In this document: positions 60,673 through 64,000 of the stretch, in pieces
Layout of the letters: each line of letters opens with the position of its first letter
Position numbering within the stretch: the stretch's first letter is position 1
Source of the DNA: Occultella glacieicola
GTDB taxonomy: Bacteria; Actinomycetota; Actinomycetes; Actinomycetales; Beutenbergiaceae
Reading direction: 5' to 3'
DNA: 64,000 nucleotides
Assembly (NCBI RefSeq): GCF_004353825.1
Contig: NZ_SMNA01000001.1
Location: 124,001-188,000, forward strand
Made by a program: the position numbers and the translations under genes
The notes under the pieces: model-generated
Database searches by the model: none
Told to the model about the DNA's origin: nothing
The model's input: only the letters and a program-made list of their open reading frames with translations

Positions 60673-62622
60673 ATGCTGCCCACCCCGAACCTCGACGACC
60701 GCCGCTTCCAGGACCTCGTCGACGACGCCAAACGGATGGTGCAGCGGCACAGCCCGGAATGGACGGATCACAACGTCTCCGACCCTGGGGTGACCCTCAT
60801 CGAGACCGTCGCGTTCATGACCGACGAACTCTTCTACCGGCTCAACCGGGTGCCGGACCGGCTCTACCTGACCTTCCTCGACCTGCTCGGCATGAGCCTG
60901 CTCCCGCCGACCGCCGCCAGCGTGGACGCCACCTTCTGGCTCTCCGCGGCGCAGCCCGAGACGGTCGCGGTGCCGGAGGGCTTCGAGATCTCCACGTTGC
61001 GCACCGAGGACGACCCGGCCACGCTGTTCGCGACCGTCCGCGCGCTGGAGATACCGCCGCGGCGGCTCGCGCACGTCATGACCCAGGGGGCCGAGGGGGA
61101 GGCGCTGCTGCGCGACGAGGACCTGCTCGGCGGCGACGGGTTCGAGGTCTTCTCCGCGAAACCGGTCGAGGACGACGTGCTCCTGGTCGGTCTCGACGAG
61201 CCGGCCCCCTCGTGTGCGGTGGCGCTCCGATTCGAGTCCGAGGTGCAGGGCGTCGGCGTCGACCCGCGGAACCCCCCGCTGGTCTGGGAGGCCTGGGACG
61301 GCCGACGGTGGGTCGCCTGCGACCTGGACAGCGACGGCACCGGCGGACTGAACCGGGCCGGGGACGTGGTCCTGCACGTCCCGGAGACCCACACGGCCTC
61401 GGTCATCGGGCGGGTCCGGGCCGGCTGGCTGCGGTGCCGGGTGATCCCCGCGGACGAGGGCTTCCCGTTCTACAGCGCCTCCCCCACGATGCGGGCCGCG
61501 AGCGCGACCACGGTCGGTGGCACGGTGCCCGCGGTCCATGCCGAGACGATCAATAACGAGGTCCTCGGACTCTCCGAGGGCACGCCGGCACAGGTGTTCC
61601 CGCTCGAGCGCCGTCCGGTCGTGGCGGGCGGTCCGCCGATCGAGCTCGAGGTGGCCGACGGCGGTGGCTGGCAGCGCTGGACGGAGGTCGACTCGTTCGC
61701 CGGTGCCGGACCGGACGACCACGTCTTCTGGGTCGACCGCGCCCAGGGGGCGCTGCACCTGGGTCCCGCGGTGCGTCAGGTGGACGGGTCGCTTCGCTCC
61801 TACGGCGCGGTGCCGCCGAAGGGGGCACCGCTGCGGGTCCTGAGCTACCGCACCGGGGGCGGGCCCTCCGGCAACGTCGGGGCCCGGACGATCCGCGTCA
61901 TGCGGGCCACGGTGCCGTTCGTGGACCGGGTCGAGAACCGGCGTCCGGCGCTCGGCGGGGTGGCGCCCGAGTCGATCGCCGAGGCCCGCCTGCGCGGGCC
62001 GCTGGCCCTGCGGACCAGGGACCGCGCCGTGACCGCGGAGGACTACGAGCAACTCGCCCGGGCCGCGGCGCCCGGGATCGCGAGAGTGCGGGCGGTCCCG
62101 GCCGTCGGCGATGCCGACGCGGGGGCGGTGCGGGTGCTCGTGGTGCCGTCCGCCGTCCCGGACGACGAGGGCCAGCTCCGGTTCGAGGATCTGGTGCCCT
62201 CCTCCGATGATCTCGCCGCGGTGGCGGCCTACCTCGACGACCGGCGCCCGGTGGGGGTGCGCGTGCTCGTGGAGCCGCCGTTCTACCAGGGCGTGACCGT
62301 CGTGGCCCGGTTGAGCCCGCGGCCCCGCACGACCGCACACGTGCTCGAGCGCAACGCGATCCGGGCGCTGAACCGGTACTTCGACCCGCTCACCGGAGGG
62401 CTCGACGGCGGGGGGTGGCCGTTCGGGAGACCGGTGCAGGCCGGCGAGGTGTACGCCGTGCTGCAGCGTCTGCCCGGCACGGAACTGGTCGAGGACGTGA
62501 AGCTGTTCGCGGCCGACCCGATCACCTCGCGGCGGGGCGAGCCGGTTCAACGCATCGAACTGGACCAGCATGCCCTGGCGTTCTCCTACCGGCATCAGGT
62601 CCGGATCACGGCGGGAGGCTGA
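60673..62622 (+). CDS. Baseplate J-like protein (Afp11-like)
   Basis: PNLDDRRFQDL, WTDHNVSDPGVTL, YRTGGG..GNV, RAVTAEDYE, GWPFGR. Confidence 0.93.
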   Translation: MLPTPNLDDRRFQDLVDDAKRMVQRHSPEWTDHNVSDPGVTLIETVAFMTDELFYRLNRVPDRLYLTFLDLLGMSLLPPTAASVDATFWLSAAQPETVAVPEGFEISTLRTEDDPATLFATVRALEIPPRRLAHVMTQGAEGEALLRDEDLLGGDGFEVFSAKPVEDDVLLVGLDEPAPSCAVALRFESEVQGVGVDPRNPPLVWEAWDGRRWVACDLDSDGTGGLNRAGDVVLHVPETHTASVIGRVRAGWLRCRVIPADEGFPFYSASPTMRAASATTVGGTVPAVHAETINNEVLGLSEGTPAQVFPLERRPVVAGGPPIELEVADGGGWQRWTEVDSFAGAGPDDHVFWVDRAQGALHLGPAVRQVDGSLRSYGAVPPKGAPLRVLSYRTGGGPSGNVGARTIRVMRATVPFVDRVENRRPALGGVAPESIAEARLRGPLALRTRDRAVTAEDYEQLARAAAPGIARVRAVPAVGDADAGAVRVLVVPSAVPDDEGQLRFEDLVPSSDDLAAVAAYLDDRRPVGVRVLVEPPFYQGVTVVARLSPRPRTTAHVLERNAIRALNRYFDPLTGGLDGGGWPFGRPVQAGEVYAVLQRLPGTELVEDVKLFAADPITSRRGEPVQRIELDQHALAFSYRHQVRITAGG

Positions 62623-62623
62623 G

Positions 62624-63166
62624 ATGCGCGGCATGCTCCCCGGGATCGTCCCGGTCGTCCCGATCGCCTCCCGAATGCCAGGGGTGTACGCCGACGACGA
62701 GGCGATGCAGGCCATCACGCGGGCCCTGGACGAGGTGCTGGCGCCGACCTACACCACGCTGGACTCCCTCTGGACCTACCTCGACCCGCACCTGGCGCCG
62801 GAGGACTTCCTGGAGTGGCTCGCGGACTGGGTCGGCGTCGAGGTCGACGACGCCTGGTCCCTCGAGCGCAAGCGGGAGATCGTGGCGCAGGCCGCCCAGA
62901 TCCACCGCCTGCGCGGCACGGCGGCCGGCCTGGAACTGGCCGTTCGGCTGGTCACGGGAGCGGAGGTCACGGTGGCCGACTCCGGCGGCACCATCTGGTC
63001 GCGGACCCCGGGTGCGGACCTGCCCGGCAAGGCGCCGGCGGAGCTGACCGTGACCGTGCACGTGCCCGACCCGGACACGGTCGACCTGGCCCGGGTGGAC
63101 CGGGTGGTCAGGGACGTCAAGCCCGCGCACGTGCCGCACGTCGTCGAGATCGTGGAGGTGGCCTGA
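62624..63166 (+). CDS. Baseplate wedge / P2 gpI-like protein
   Basis: YLDP.LAPEDFLEWLADWVG, RGT..GL, KPAH. Confidence 0.9.
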   Translation: MRGMLPGIVPVVPIASRMPGVYADDEAMQAITRALDEVLAPTYTTLDSLWTYLDPHLAPEDFLEWLADWVGVEVDDAWSLERKREIVAQAAQIHRLRGTAAGLELAVRLVTGAEVTVADSGGTIWSRTPGADLPGKAPAELTVTVHVPDPDTVDLARVDRVVRDVKPAHVPHVVEIVEVA

Positions 63167-64000
63167 TGGTGATCTGTCCCGAATGTGGCACCCGCAACGA
63201 GGTCGGGGAGCAGTTCTGTGGGGGCTGCGGCACCTATCTGGAGTGGGAGGAGGCCGAGTCCGAGGAGGCAGCGGAACCGGCACCCCAACCGGAGCCCGAG
63301 CTGGAACCCGAACTTGTGCCGGACCGGGCCCTGAGCCCGGAGCCGGATCTCGCGCACCCCGGGGCGCCGGAACCGGACGGGCCCCGGCCCGCGGAGCCTG
63401 CACGTGCCCTGCCTCCGGACGCGGTGCCGGACCGGCTCCCCGAGCCCGAACGGGTCCCCGAGCCGGCGCCGGGACGGTCCGCGGAGGTGACCCGAGCGAC
63501 CACGCGACCGGCCCCACCGGCGCCCGGCCCGGCCCCGGAACCGGCGCCCGGCCCGGCGCCCGAACCAACGCCCGGCCCGGCCCCCGAACCAACGCCCGGC
63601 CCGGAAGCGCCGCGGACCACGGGACCGGCCCGTGAACCCGTCTCGGCGTCGGAACCGGGCGCGCAGCCGGACCCGGTGCCGGAACCGGCCCCGCAGCCGC
63701 CGGCGGACTCCGCGACCGAGGCTGCGCCGTCGGGCACCGAACCCGCCCGACCCCCCGGCCAACCGCACCAGAACGGCACACCCGACCGGGAGACCGTCGA
63801 GCAGTCCAAACCGGCCGCGATGATCGCACCGGCGCTGGTGGCGCCGCCCGTGCCGCGCAAGCGCCGGAGCACCAGGGACTCCGAGCGACCCGCGTCCGGC
63901 GCCACCGGAGGGCAGCGCCCGGGTGCTCCCGTGCCCGTCGCCGACCAGCCGGGCGCCCAGTCGCCGGGCACCCCGCAGGCGGTGCGGCCGGGGGCGGCCA
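63166..64000 (+). CDS. Zinc-ribbon, Pro-rich protein (possible CisA-like membrane adaptor), truncated by the window end
   Basis: Manual translation MVICPECGTRNEVGEQFCGGCGTYLEW followed by a Pro/Glu-rich linker (PAPGPAPE repeats) and QAVRPG; no stop seen before the window end. Confidence 0.75.
   Translation, partial: MVICPECGTRNEVGEQFCGGCGTYLEWEEAESEEAAEPAPQPEPELEPELVPDRALSPEPDLAHPGAPEPDGPRPAEPARALPPDAVPDRLPEPERVPEPAPGRSAEVTRATTRPAPPAPGPAPEPAPGPAPEPTPGPAPEPTPGPEAPRTTGPAREPVSASEPGAQPDPVPEPAPQPPADSATEAAPSGTEPARPPGQPHQNGTPDRETVEQSKPAAMIAPALVAPPVPRKRRSTRDSERPASGATGGQRPGAPVPVADQPGAQSPGTPQAVRPGAA

Larger units (their letters stand above)
41227..64000. other. Contractile injection system (eCIS/Afp-PVC-like, Streptomyces cytoplasmic CIS type); continues beyond the window
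   Basis: PAAR, Pvc16, AAA+ ATPase, DUF4157, sheath, two tubes, LysM, VgrG, gp25, baseplate J and I; no capsid, terminase or integrase seen. Confidence 0.93.

Noticed and set aside
41227..64000. Prophage or T6SS
   Set aside because: No capsid, portal, terminase, integrase or TssJLM/ClpV; Pvc16, Afp15-like ATPase and DUF4157 point to eCIS

Overview
High-GC actinobacterial chromosome segment spanning the replication origin; gene order suggests Micrococcales (inference). Positions 1-41.2 kb are the conserved oriC neighbourhood: gyrB (5' part), DciA/DUF721, recF, gnd, dnaN, oriC, dnaA / rpmH, rnpA, yidD, yidC, jag, rsmG, then a ~2.4-kb apparently non-coding spacer holding about 10 parS palindromes, then parA, parB / ddl-like ligase, PLP aminotransferase, trxA, trxB, a murJ-pseudokinase fusion, DUF6049-like protein, NUDIX, CCA enzyme, MFS, an Ugp-like ABC transporter with a glycerophosphodiesterase, ino1-padR, class A PBP and rpsF-ssb-rpsR-rplI. 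From 41.2 kb to the window end lies a nearly complete contractile injection system of the Streptomyces cytoplasmic CIS type: PAAR, a membrane protein, an orphan LuxR-type regulator, a secreted TolB-like propeller, Pvc16, AAA+ ATPase, DUF4157, sheath, tubes, chaperones, a long Pro/Ala protein, LysM, VgrG, baseplate proteins and a truncated zinc-ribbon protein. Top signals: the CIS locus; a G GGG GAA -1 slippery site joining the two CIS tail-chaperone ORFs; a recurrent TGCCC-N4-GGGCA palindrome at CIS promoters; shared (V/L)QR motifs in candidate cargo proteins; and the dense parS array, which appears partly tandem-duplicated. Family assignments come from motif recognition and synteny, not database searches.
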